Below are positions 47,922 through 57,590 of a stretch of DNA of 64,000 bases, piece after piece (positions within the stretch are counted from its first letter, which is position 1; each line of letters opens with the position of its first letter). Made by a program: the position numbers and the translations under genes. Source of the DNA: a virus. Under the pieces are notes generated by a model. That model made no database searches, was not told the origin of the DNA, and worked only from the letters and a program-made list of their open reading frames with translations. Location of the stretch: the IMG/VR virus record IMGVR_UViG_3300006793_000013. One strand, given 5' to 3'.

Positions 47922-50153
47922 ATGGCTTATGTAATTAACAAAACTGACGGAACTCAACTTGTAGTATTACAAGACGCAGCAGTTGACTCAACCACTAGTT
48001 TATCTTTTGTTGGTAGAAATTATGTTGGCTATGGTGAAATTCAAAACGAAAACTTTTTATTCTTATTAGAAAACTTTGCAAATATTTCTGCACCAGGAAC
48101 TCCTATTACAGGGCAAGTTTGGTTTGATACAACAAACAGTATATTAAAAGTTTATGATGGAGAGAATTGGGTTGAAGTTGGTTCTGCAAATGTAAGTCCT
48201 ACTGCTCCAGTAACTCCAGCTCTTGGAACATTTTGGTTAAAGAATGAAACAACTGCAAACGCACCAGCTGATCCTTCACTGCATGTATATGATGGATCTA
48301 ACTGGATTAAAATTGGACCTGAAACAGCAGACGGCTACTTACCAACTAGAGCAGTAACAACAACGTTACTAGCAACTAATGGATCAACATATCCAGTAAT
48401 TGAACTTAAAGTAAATGGTGTTACAATAGGTATTGTATCTTCAAATGCATTTACTATTGATCCAAGTAATGAAGTAAGCGGATTTTCAGAATTAATTACA
48501 GGTATTAATTTAAATGCAATGGCAAAAGTAATGGGAACATTACAGGGTGTTGCAGATAAAGCAATAAGACTTAATTCACCTATATTAGTTAACGGTGTTG
48601 CATTTGACGGTTCAGAAAATCTTACAATTACAGCACAAACACCTAACAGTTTAGTTGCAGGAGAATTTTTAGTAGGAACAGATTTTGATGGTGGTAATCC
48701 TACTACATGGTCAGTTGATGCTACACATTTAAATCAAATTGGTAAAATTGTATCAAGAGATACTACAGGTAACTTTGTAGCAAATCAAATTACTTCAGAT
48801 TTAGTTGGTAATGTTACAGGTAACATTACAGGAGAGACAGGATCATTTACAGGAAGTGTAACAGCAGCAAACTTTATTGGTGCAACACTAAGTGGAACAG
48901 CAGCCGCAGCACAAAGATTATCAACACCAGCAAATATTAATGGAGTTGGGTTTGACGGCACAGCAGATATAACAGTTACAGCAGATGCTAACACACTAAC
49001 AGGTACAAACTTACATAATACTGTTACTAGTTCAGCACTAACAAGTTTAGGAACATTAACATCTTTAGGTGTTGCTGGAAATATTACAGTTGGTTCAAAC
49101 TTAACTATTGACGGAACAATTAATTCTACAGAAATAAAAGCAGCAAATCAAATTAGTTTAGCAGCAACAGAAGGTGTAGATTATCAACTTGATTTATTTG
49201 GACCTACAAGATCTCCTAGCGCAAGAGCAGGACTGCTTCCGAACACAGATGTAGTACTTGACCTTGGTTCAAGTGCGTTAAGATATAAAGATACATATTC
49301 AGAAAAATTTTACGGTGACTTAACAGGTGCAGTTACAGGTAATGCAACATCAGCAACAACAGCAACTAACATTGCAGGCGGTGCAGGTGGAACTATACCT
49401 TACCAAACTGCTTCTGGTTCAACAGCACATATACCATCGGGTACAGCAGGCAAGTTTTTAAAGTCAACTGGTGCTGGACAACCTGTATGGGATACAATAG
49501 CATTTTCAAACCTAACACCAGGCAACTACTTAACTGGTTTAGTTTATGACGGTATTACAAACACAACATTTGATGTTGATGCAACTAACTTGCCTACAGC
49601 AAATAAAGTTGTAGCAAGAGATGCTAATGGAGACTTTAGTGCAAATGTTATTCAAGCAGACTTAAATGGTAATGCTGCAACGGCTACAACAGCAAGTACA
49701 GCAACATCAGCAGTTAATGCAACACAAGCAGCAAACGCAAACAGTGCAGACAATGCAACGCATAGTATAACTAGAGCAAACGCAGACAGTTCAACGTTTA
49801 TTGCTACTACTGAGTTTGTACAAAATGTTGTTGCATCAGCAAATACAAGACAACTTGTTATTAGCTCACCTGCACCAAACACAAGTTCACCAGATGCGCA
49901 GTATATTGATTTAATTGAAGCATATCTTCCTGCAAGTCAAGCAAGTGGACTAAACTTTGAATTGATAATTAATAACATATATGCAGGTTCAAGTTCTAGT
50001 TTTAGTGCTGGTAGATGGATTTTAGCATACAGATGGGCTACTGCTAGTGTTAGTACTTCAACTACACTTTATAATAGTAATACTGGTTACAAGTTGACTT
50101 ATAGTTCAAACGGTAGTAACTGGAGTTACACTGGTACTTGGTCATATGTATAA
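47922..50153 (+). CDS. Tail fibre-like protein (paralog 3)
   Basis: Same N-terminal domain; two (V/I)NGV.FDG...T.TA repeats; Thr/Ala/Gly-rich shaft. Confidence 0.7.
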   Translation: MAYVINKTDGTQLVVLQDAAVDSTTSLSFVGRNYVGYGEIQNENFLFLLENFANISAPGTPITGQVWFDTTNSILKVYDGENWVEVGSANVSPTAPVTPALGTFWLKNETTANAPADPSLHVYDGSNWIKIGPETADGYLPTRAVTTTLLATNGSTYPVIELKVNGVTIGIVSSNAFTIDPSNEVSGFSELITGINLNAMAKVMGTLQGVADKAIRLNSPILVNGVAFDGSENLTITAQTPNSLVAGEFLVGTDFDGGNPTTWSVDATHLNQIGKIVSRDTTGNFVANQITSDLVGNVTGNITGETGSFTGSVTAANFIGATLSGTAAAAQRLSTPANINGVGFDGTADITVTADANTLTGTNLHNTVTSSALTSLGTLTSLGVAGNITVGSNLTIDGTINSTEIKAANQISLAATEGVDYQLDLFGPTRSPSARAGLLPNTDVVLDLGSSALRYKDTYSEKFYGDLTGAVTGNATSATTATNIAGGAGGTIPYQTASGSTAHIPSGTAGKFLKSTGAGQPVWDTIAFSNLTPGNYLTGLVYDGITNTTFDVDATNLPTANKVVARDANGDFSANVIQADLNGNAATATTASTATSAVNATQAANANSADNATHSITRANADSSTFIATTEFVQNVVASANTRQLVISSPAPNTSSPDAQYIDLIEAYLPASQASGLNFELIINNIYAGSSSSFSAGRWILAYRWATASVSTSTTLYNSNTGYKLTYSSNGSNWSYTGTWSYV

Positions 50154-50647
50154 TGACAGTAAAGTTAGTACCGGACTATTGTAAGAACGTTGACGAGATA
50201 GTAGAATTAGTAGAGGCAAACGAAGACAGTTTTTTTATTAGGCAGCCAGGAGAAGAATTTAATTTTGTAACTGCCTATGGTGAAAGTAAGTTAAAAAGTA
50301 TGTTCCGTTGGAACATGCCAAAAGAATTAAAGGAGTTGATTACAGAATCAATTCCAGAAGAAGATAGAACTTGTGATAGTTTTTGTATTAACAAATATGA
50401 TCCAGGTGATTATCTTAAAAGGCATAGAGATAGTGCAGGCGGGTATTGGAAGTTTAAACTAATATTTTTAAGAGCTGATGCTCCGCACTTTTGTTGGTAC
50501 GATGAACAAGGCAAAGGAAATTTAGTAGATGAAGGCCCAGGTATGTTAATTGATATGCCTGTGAACTTAGAACACGAAGTAACAGAAATTAAACAAAATG
50601 AAAGACCGAAGATAAGTCTTGCATTAAGTTGGGGAAGAACTAGATGA
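50153..50647 (+). CDS. 2OG-Fe(II) oxygenase
   Basis: KY.PGDYL.RHRD (HxD), distal H (LEHEV) and R (RPKISL); start moved to ATG 50153, overlapping the upstream TAA. Confidence 0.75.
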   Translation: MTVKLVPDYCKNVDEIVELVEANEDSFFIRQPGEEFNFVTAYGESKLKSMFRWNMPKELKELITESIPEEDRTCDSFCINKYDPGDYLKRHRDSAGGYWKFKLIFLRADAPHFCWYDEQGKGNLVDEGPGMLIDMPVNLEHEVTEIKQNERPKISLALSWGRTR

Positions 50648-51084
50648 AAAACATTATTATTTTTAGTGCTGATAGATCAAGAGTGATCTCATCCCAGGAC
50701 TATAATAGCGAGTTTGCTGAAAGACTTACTGAGCAAGGCGTACCTCATAAAGTTATTGATTTAGATGACGCAAATGAATATTGGTGGGGCGATTATGCTA
50801 GTGGAGAAGTAAGATCTCTTAATGATATACCGTTAATTGAAGAAGTAGCAATTGACGAAGTAGTAAACAAGCAGATTCTTGTTAAGTATCCCGTGCATAA
50901 GCAGCTTAATATCATTGCAGAATGCTTAGAAAACGCAGGTATTCCGCTTACAGATGACTTTGTTGCTATGCGTAACTACGTTAAGCAGAAGGTTAATAAC
51001 CATAATAATGCTGTTCAAACGTACAAAGATCAACCAGGTGTATACAGTTTTTACCCTAAACCGTTACCACCAGAAGACGAGTAA
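50644..51084 (+). CDS. Hypothetical protein (possible fibre assembly protein)
   Basis: 146 aa within the fibre cluster; I..KYP..KQLNI pattern. Confidence 0.55.
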   Translation: MKNIIIFSADRSRVISSQDYNSEFAERLTEQGVPHKVIDLDDANEYWWGDYASGEVRSLNDIPLIEEVAIDEVVNKQILVKYPVHKQLNIIAECLENAGIPLTDDFVAMRNYVKQKVNNHNNAVQTYKDQPGVYSFYPKPLPPEDE

Positions 51085-51091
51085 AGGTAGA

Positions 51092-51097
51092 TAAATA
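51092..51097 (+). promoter_or_regulatory. Late promoter TAAATA
   Basis: 27 nt upstream of ATG 51125. Confidence 0.6.
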
Positions 51098-51124
51098 CAA
51101 CAGTAAACTAGGAAGAAAACACAC

Positions 51125-52888
51125 ATGGCATACCAAGTAGATAAATTTAACGGAACATTTTTAACGTCAGTAGAAGACGGAACTATTGATACCACTACGG
51201 ATATACGTTTCGTTGGTAAAAACTACGCAGGATACGGTGAAGTACAGAATGAAAACTTCTTACATTTACTAGAAAACTTTGCAAATACTACTGCTCCTCC
51301 AAAAGCAGTTACAGGTCAACTATGGTTTGACGCATCAAACAAGAAAATTAAGTTCTATGATGGTTCACAATGGAAAACAACCAACGGTGCTGAAGTAGCA
51401 TCAGTTGCTCCGTCAGGTTTAGGAGTAGGTGAGCTTTGGTGGGACACATCTGCAAAGCAGTTATATGCATGGTCAGGTGGAGAGTTTGTACTTGTAGGAC
51501 CTGAAGCATCACCAGATCTTGGTGCTAGTGGAGCAATTGCACAAGTTGTTAAAGACACAGGTAATACAAACCATTCAATTTTAAAAATTAATGCAGGTGG
51601 TAAAACAGTTGCAGTTATTTCACAAACAGAATTTACATTAAACAGTTCATTGAACCCTATTGATGACTTTACAGTGATCAAGAAAGGTATTACAATGGCT
51701 AAAGCAGATGCCAACGGTGTTACATCAGACGATTATGTATACTGGGGAACTTCATCTAACGCATTAAAGTTAGGCGGCATTGATGCTTCAGAATATTTAC
51801 AAAAAGGAAGTATTACTTTTAACCAAGAAATTAACTTCCAAGATTCAGGATACAAAGTAGGTGACCAAAGCGACTTTAGATTAAGAGTTGAAAACGATGA
51901 CGAAATTGTTTTTGAAAGTGTTCTTGGTAATCCTATGCAGTTCATTGTTAATGATGGCGGCTCAACTAGAAAAAATATTATGGATATTACCGCAGCAGGT
52001 GTTATTCCAGGTATTGATAGTTCGTTTACTTTAGGTACAGCACAATTTGCTTGGTCGTCAGTACATGCTGATGCATTTACAGGACCTTTAACAGGTAATG
52101 TAACAGGTAATGTTACAGGTAACACACAAGGTAGTTTACTTGCTAACGATTCAACTGTAATGGTTGACGGTGCAACTAAAAACATTGGTTACGTAGGTGC
52201 AAACATTTACGGTACATTGTTTGGATCAGTACAAGGTAACTTGACTGGTACAGCATCAGACGCTAGTGCATTGAATGGTATTACACCATCTGTTTCAGTT
52301 CCTGCTTCAGGAAATAGTATTGTTGTTAGAGATTCGTCAGGTGTAATTTTTGCAAATACTTTTAACGGTACAGCAACTTTTGCAGATAGAATTAAAATTG
52401 ATGACAGTGCAACAGATAGTGATCCTAATTACAAAACTGCTAAAACAACAGCGACAGCAAATACTATTGCTGCTAGAAACTCAAGCGGTGATTTAATTGC
52501 TAACTTATTCCAAGGTACAGCAACCGCAGCTAGATATGCTGACTTAGCAGAGAAATATTTAGCAGACGCAGAATATGAGCCTGGTACAGTTGTATCAGTT
52601 GGCGGAAACGCAGAAGTTACTGCATGTAGTGAAGGCGATAGAGCGTTAGGTGTTGTTTCAGAACAGCCTGCGTTTATGATGAACTCATGGTTAGAAGGTG
52701 GAACATATATTGCACTTAAAGGGCGTGTACCAGTTAAGGTGCTCGGCGCTATTGCTAAAGGAGATAGATTAGTTGCTGCTGCGGAAGGTTATGCTACAAA
52801 AGCTGACAGTCATGCAGACGTGTTTGCAATTGCAATAGAAAGCAATTCAAATTCAGGAACAAAAGTTATTGAAGCGGTAGTATTATAA
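51125..52888 (+). CDS. Tail fibre (paralog 4) with C-terminal peptidase G2-like autocleaving chaperone
   Basis: Shared N-terminal domain; YADLAEKY...PGTVV...GVVS..PA..MN...IAL.GRVPVKV C-terminus. Confidence 0.75.
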   Translation: MAYQVDKFNGTFLTSVEDGTIDTTTDIRFVGKNYAGYGEVQNENFLHLLENFANTTAPPKAVTGQLWFDASNKKIKFYDGSQWKTTNGAEVASVAPSGLGVGELWWDTSAKQLYAWSGGEFVLVGPEASPDLGASGAIAQVVKDTGNTNHSILKINAGGKTVAVISQTEFTLNSSLNPIDDFTVIKKGITMAKADANGVTSDDYVYWGTSSNALKLGGIDASEYLQKGSITFNQEINFQDSGYKVGDQSDFRLRVENDDEIVFESVLGNPMQFIVNDGGSTRKNIMDITAAGVIPGIDSSFTLGTAQFAWSSVHADAFTGPLTGNVTGNVTGNTQGSLLANDSTVMVDGATKNIGYVGANIYGTLFGSVQGNLTGTASDASALNGITPSVSVPASGNSIVVRDSSGVIFANTFNGTATFADRIKIDDSATDSDPNYKTAKTTATANTIAARNSSGDLIANLFQGTATAARYADLAEKYLADAEYEPGTVVSVGGNAEVTACSEGDRALGVVSEQPAFMMNSWLEGGTYIALKGRVPVKVLGAIAKGDRLVAAAEGYATKADSHADVFAIAIESNSNSGTKVIEAVVL

Positions 52889-53790
52889 TGGTAACAACAG
52901 GCGCACAGATCCTATCAACAGACCTCAACAGCCTGCGAAACAAGATTGCTGAAGTCATGGGTACCGGCGTTGGAACGTTTGGATACGGACAAACAGTTAA
53001 TAGCACAACAGTTATTTCAGGTCAAACAGTATTAAAGTCACACTTTGATGCAATAAGATTTGACATTGTAAATGCTTACTTTCATCAAAACGGTGTAGTA
53101 CCAGCAGCAACTATTGCTGCTATTGGTGATCCTATTACAGCATCATCAAGTGATCCTTTTAATGGATATAACACTCTTGCTGACGAATGTCGAAATGATA
53201 GATTTGATTGTGATGCTGGATTATTAACAACATCTATTAAAGATACAAAAAGTTATACGTCTGCTTGGAGTACAAGTGCAGAATACGTGCTAACTGTAAC
53301 ATTTAGTAATGCTAACGAAGCAAGATATTTTTGGAACTCTGGAAGTAGACTAAGATTTACTACAGGAAGAAGTTTAGGTACAGCATCTCAACAGAACGGT
53401 GCATGGACAAGTTTGCTTTCAACTGTAGGAAGGCAATCAATTGGCGGCAGATTACCAGATGGGCTGAATAACATATACATGCTTACTAATACATACCAAG
53501 ATTTATACAACTTATCTGCCAGTACGCCATACTCAAACAACAATTACAAGATTCAAGCAAAGTGTGATGTGGCAAGTAATTCCGCAGGAACAGCTTCAGT
53601 GTTTAACTTTAAAGTTTTACTATCTGATAATTATGTTGATCCAGGTGCACCTGCGCCAGGAGATTCAGTCGACGGCACACTTAGTATTGATGTAGAAGAA
53701 TTAAAAGCTACAGGAACATTACAACCAAGTGGTGCTGCATTTTCTATTACGAGTCCATCGTATTCTGGAACCAGCATTAGTGCAACATAG
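52888..53790 (+). CDS. Virion structural protein (paralog pair A)
   Basis: G.G.FGYGQ N-terminus; VTF....EARYFWNSG..LR; Ser/Thr-rich. Confidence 0.55.
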   Translation: MVTTGAQILSTDLNSLRNKIAEVMGTGVGTFGYGQTVNSTTVISGQTVLKSHFDAIRFDIVNAYFHQNGVVPAATIAAIGDPITASSSDPFNGYNTLADECRNDRFDCDAGLLTTSIKDTKSYTSAWSTSAEYVLTVTFSNANEARYFWNSGSRLRFTTGRSLGTASQQNGAWTSLLSTVGRQSIGGRLPDGLNNIYMLTNTYQDLYNLSASTPYSNNNYKIQAKCDVASNSAGTASVFNFKVLLSDNYVDPGAPAPGDSVDGTLSIDVEELKATGTLQPSGAAFSITSPSYSGTSISAT

Positions 53791-53803
53791 ACACTTGTTG
53801 TAG

Positions 53804-53809
53804 TAAATA
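53804..53809 (+). promoter_or_regulatory. Late promoter TAAATA
   Basis: 19 nt upstream of ATG 53829. Confidence 0.6.
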
Positions 53810-53828
53810 CTGCTGTTAAGGATATTAT

Positions 53829-54857
53829 ATGACAACCGTACACGCAACAATTAGCAGAAACGACTACAATGCGCTATACACTCGCCTTGAGCAAGTGATG
53901 GGACCTGCTGATGGCGGTGATGCCACATATGGATGGGGACAATATATGAACTCTTCAGGTGTTGGTGTTTCGGATAAGGTGTCTGTAGAAGAATATGGTA
54001 GATTAATTACAGATATGTATAATGCTTACAGGCATATATATGGTTCAAATCCTCCTACTAATTGGGGAAGTTGGCCTAATAACATTAGTACTTCTCAAAA
54101 AATTAAAGCAAATACTGTTACTAATGACGCAACATATAATACACAGCCTTACAGAAGATGGAATGATTTAATTATTGCACTTGAGGCTGCAAAATATACT
54201 ATACCACCAGCATCAGTAGCATCAGGTACAGCACACAGTAATGCAGTATATACAGGAACATGGTCAACTTCTGCACAAGTAATAGTTACTTTTACTTGGC
54301 CAACAGCAGCAGATGCTAGACATTATTTTAATAGTGGTGGACAAATTCAACTTACAAGTAGTTTGAGCAGTATTAGCGGTTCAGATCAAGATGCTTCTTG
54401 GAGAAGTTTACTACAGACAGCAAGTACACAGTCGTTTGGAGGACAACAACCAGCAACAGGTGTTAATCCAAATGATAATGGAAACTTTTTTAGATGTACA
54501 AACGTTTACAGCACACCTTGGTACACAGCTATTGCAAGTAGTCCTTACAATGCAAACTATTATAGATTATATGCAAGAACACCTGGAGTATTAGATAATT
54601 CAAGTGGTACTGCGTATCAACTCGAAATGGCAGCAGTTTACAATGACGATCACGTTGGATTAGGTGGACCATCAACATCAGGTACTCCACAACAAGGACC
54701 AGGTACTTATGGTCCTGATTTAGTAGGCCCTGCTTCACTTTATCTTCAAACTGTTACCAGAAAAGCAGTTGGTAACATCAATCTTTATCCTTCAGGATCA
54801 CAAGGATTTGACATCCAAACTCCTTCCGTAACTGTAGGCGGATTCGTAGTCAGTTAA
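53829..54857 (+). CDS. Virion structural protein (paralog pair B)
   Basis: YGWGQ; VTF.W....DARHYFNSGG.I.L; W.SLL.T, shared with 52888-53790. Confidence 0.55.
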   Translation: MTTVHATISRNDYNALYTRLEQVMGPADGGDATYGWGQYMNSSGVGVSDKVSVEEYGRLITDMYNAYRHIYGSNPPTNWGSWPNNISTSQKIKANTVTNDATYNTQPYRRWNDLIIALEAAKYTIPPASVASGTAHSNAVYTGTWSTSAQVIVTFTWPTAADARHYFNSGGQIQLTSSLSSISGSDQDASWRSLLQTASTQSFGGQQPATGVNPNDNGNFFRCTNVYSTPWYTAIASSPYNANYYRLYARTPGVLDNSSGTAYQLEMAAVYNDDHVGLGGPSTSGTPQQGPGTYGPDLVGPASLYLQTVTRKAVGNINLYPSGSQGFDIQTPSVTVGGFVVS

Positions 54858-54859
54858 TT

Positions 54860-54912
54860 TCCTCCCCCGTAGTACAGCGCATAAATATTAAGTGCTACTA
54901 TAACTTGGAGGA
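54860..54912 (+). promoter_or_regulatory. RBS-sequestering hairpin with late promoter in the loop
   Basis: TCCTCC (54860-65)/GGAGGA (54907-12); GTAGTAC (54869-75)/GTGCTAC (54892-98); TAAATA at 54882-87. Confidence 0.65.
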
Positions 54913-54915
54913 CAT

Positions 54916-55266
54916 ATGGAAGAACAATTAAAACAAGCCTTGGATTTTAGCAAGTACAGAGAAACTTTTGCTGTACAGCGTAAAACTCTAAAGGAAAAAA
55001 TTGACGCTAGATTAACTTATGGTGTTAACGGCGGAATTTTCAAAATCAATAGAGAGCTTATTAACTTTGTTCAAATGCTACTTTCAGCAGATAGAACTGA
55101 AGGTGTAGTATTACTTGACATTAATGATAATCCTATATTGGTTGAAGATCTTGCAGAATTTAAAGATATCATACTCGATAGATACATCACATCAACATTA
55201 GAATATTACGAAGAATACCAGCAGCTCAAAAAGAGCAGATCTGTAGAAAAACTTATTGAAGTGTAG
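54916..55266 (+). CDS. Hypothetical protein (116 aa), first gene of the glycosylation cluster
   Basis: GGAGG RBS; ORF with typical composition. Confidence 0.7.
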   Translation: MEEQLKQALDFSKYRETFAVQRKTLKEKIDARLTYGVNGGIFKINRELINFVQMLLSADRTEGVVLLDINDNPILVEDLAEFKDIILDRYITSTLEYYEEYQQLKKSRSVEKLIEV

Positions 55267-55267
55267 T

Positions 55268-56116
55268 ATGAATAAAGGAATTGTAATATTTGCTCATAAC
55301 AGCCGAAGTTTAGATTATTCTAAACTAGCATTGGTAGCAGGCGGCCTTGCCAAAAAGCATCTCGGCTATCCAGTTTCATTAATCACAGATAAATCAACTG
55401 TTGATTATATGGAAGAAATCGGTACCGCAGATAAAGCAGAAGAAATCTTTGATAGTATTATTTTTGTAGAGCGTCCTCCAACACAGCAATACAGAAACCT
55501 TCATGATGGAAATGATTTTGAAGCGGTACCTTTTGATAATTCAAACAGACCAAATGTTTGGGATATTACACCTTATGAAAGAACATTATTGTTAGATTGC
55601 GATTATCTAACATTTTCAGATACACTAAACAACTATTGGGATGTTGAACAAGACTTTTTAATATCGCATGAGTATAATGATATTATGGGAACTCGAGCAG
55701 GTTACCATGACAAGTATGTTTCGGATACTGGAGTTAAACTACTTTGGGCAACAACAGTTATGTTTACCAAGAATGAACAAACAAAAGTACTTTTTGATTT
55801 AGTGCAATACATACAAAAAAATTATAAGTTCTTTGCAGACACATATAGATTTGATAGCAGAATGTATAGAAATGATATTAGTTTTGCAATTGCTAATCAT
55901 ATACTAAATGGTTTTCAAGAAGTAGATACTGAATATAAAATGCCGCCAGTGTTTTCTACAATAGATAGAGATATTTTATTTGATGTAAAAGACAATACAT
56001 TACAATTTTTATTAACTAATGAGCAGGTAGCTGCTTCATCTACAGGTAGAGATGTACATGTAATGAATAAAAAAAGCATTGAGAGAAACTTCGATAAACT
56101 AATGGAGTTGATATGA
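55268..56116 (+). CDS. GT-A glycosyltransferase (GT8-like)
   Basis: KGIVIFA start, PYERTLLLDCD (DxD), WATTVMF, RND..FAIA; start moved to ATG 55268. Confidence 0.7.
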   Translation: MNKGIVIFAHNSRSLDYSKLALVAGGLAKKHLGYPVSLITDKSTVDYMEEIGTADKAEEIFDSIIFVERPPTQQYRNLHDGNDFEAVPFDNSNRPNVWDITPYERTLLLDCDYLTFSDTLNNYWDVEQDFLISHEYNDIMGTRAGYHDKYVSDTGVKLLWATTVMFTKNEQTKVLFDLVQYIQKNYKFFADTYRFDSRMYRNDISFAIANHILNGFQEVDTEYKMPPVFSTIDRDILFDVKDNTLQFLLTNEQVAASSTGRDVHVMNKKSIERNFDKLMELI

Positions 56117-56952
56117 ACTTTGGATATCTAATAGTTGTTGCAACTTCTGAAGAATATAATTATGCACAAATGGCGTATGCACTTGCATTAAGTATTAAGA
56201 ATACACAAAAAGAAGGTTACGATAAAGTCGCATTAGTAATTGATGACAAAACCCAAATAGAAAATTTTAAATCTACATGGGTGTTTGATGAAGTTATTGA
56301 ATGGGATAAAAAAGGTTTTTGGGACGGCCGTTCTTACATGGACGAGCTTTCACCGTGGGAACATACTGTATGCTTAGATGCAGACATGTTGTTCTTTAGA
56401 GATTATAGTCATTGGATTGATTATTTTATTAAACATTCTGAATTGTATGTTGCTAACAAAGCATACACTTACAGAGGTGAAGAAGTAACTAGCGATTACT
56501 ATAGAAGAACATTTACTGCAAATGAATTACCTAACTTATATTCATTTTTTACTTTCTTCAAAAAAGATAGTAAACTAGCAAGTGAGTTCTTTGCTTTACA
56601 ACGTTCTATAATGGACAATCCAAACGAATACAGTAATTTGTTTTTAACAAAACATAGACCTAAAGTAATTGGAACAGATGAAGCATTTTCAATGGCTGCA
56701 AAAATATTAGATATTACAGATGATATTGCGTATCCTTTGAGCTTCCCAAGAGTTGTACACATGAAAGGTGCTGTACAAAATTGGCCTTGGGCTGCTGATA
56801 AGTTTTCAGATCACGTAGGCTACTACTTAAATGATAAAGGCAAATTAAAAATAGGTAGTTATCAACAAAACGACATTGTACATTATGTTGAAAAAAATAA
56901 AATGACTTTAGAAACAGTTAATGTACTGGAGGAAATAGCATGGAAGAAATAG
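56113..56952 (+). CDS. GT-A glycosyltransferase (GT8-like paralog)
   Basis: SPWEHTVCLDADM, NLYS.F.FF, GTDEAF, HMKG motifs. Confidence 0.7.
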   Translation: MNFGYLIVVATSEEYNYAQMAYALALSIKNTQKEGYDKVALVIDDKTQIENFKSTWVFDEVIEWDKKGFWDGRSYMDELSPWEHTVCLDADMLFFRDYSHWIDYFIKHSELYVANKAYTYRGEEVTSDYYRRTFTANELPNLYSFFTFFKKDSKLASEFFALQRSIMDNPNEYSNLFLTKHRPKVIGTDEAFSMAAKILDITDDIAYPLSFPRVVHMKGAVQNWPWAADKFSDHVGYYLNDKGKLKIGSYQQNDIVHYVEKNKMTLETVNVLEEIAWKK

Positions 56953-57590
56953 AAGAGTTTATGCCAGACTTCGACGAATGGCTCAAGAATTATAAAGAGC
57001 CAGAGCGTAGGTTTGGAGCAGCATTTGACGCAGACACAGGCCAGTTAATATCAGTAGGCCCGTATGCTTCGATAGAAATGGAATACAGTAAAAACATCGC
57101 TGAGGTTGAAGAGGATCTTGCTATTAAAATTATTAATGGTGAGATTCATATTAATAATTGTTTCTTTGACACTAGTGAAGGTAAGTTTGAAATCACTGAA
57201 GAAAAAACTTTAACAAAGATTGATGATGTACTGCATAGAGTTATTGATAAACGTTACTTAGATGAAGAAGTAAAGCCAGACATTTATCTTACATACAATA
57301 AAGGTAGTAGTAAACTTACTGTAGAACTAAGCGAGGAATATGGCGGCACAAAAGTTTTAGATGATCAGTGGCAACCAGCAACACCAAGAAATGTTTTTTG
57401 GCAAGGAGATACAACTTTATCTTTTACAATAGCTGATTATAACGATCCGCACTTTCCGCAAAAAACATTTGATGTTACACTTGATGAGCTAACAGGTAAT
57501 TCTGTAACAGTAGATGATGTAGACATAACAGGAAAGTTTAGTGTGTTTACTCGTAGACTGTTTAAAAACTATGTACTAGAGGAGATTTAA
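56940..57590 (+). CDS. Hypothetical acidic protein (216 aa)
   Basis: Overlap-coupled within the operon; no recognised motif. Confidence 0.65.
   Translation: MEEIEEFMPDFDEWLKNYKEPERRFGAAFDADTGQLISVGPYASIEMEYSKNIAEVEEDLAIKIINGEIHINNCFFDTSEGKFEITEEKTLTKIDDVLHRVIDKRYLDEEVKPDIYLTYNKGSSKLTVELSEEYGGTKVLDDQWQPATPRNVFWQGDTTLSFTIADYNDPHFPQKTFDVTLDELTGNSVTVDDVDITGKFSVFTRRLFKNYVLEEI

Noticed and set aside
43877-52888. DGR or invertible fibre-switching cassette
   Set aside because: No reverse transcriptase, recombinase, near-identical TR/VR pair or inverted crossover sites seen.
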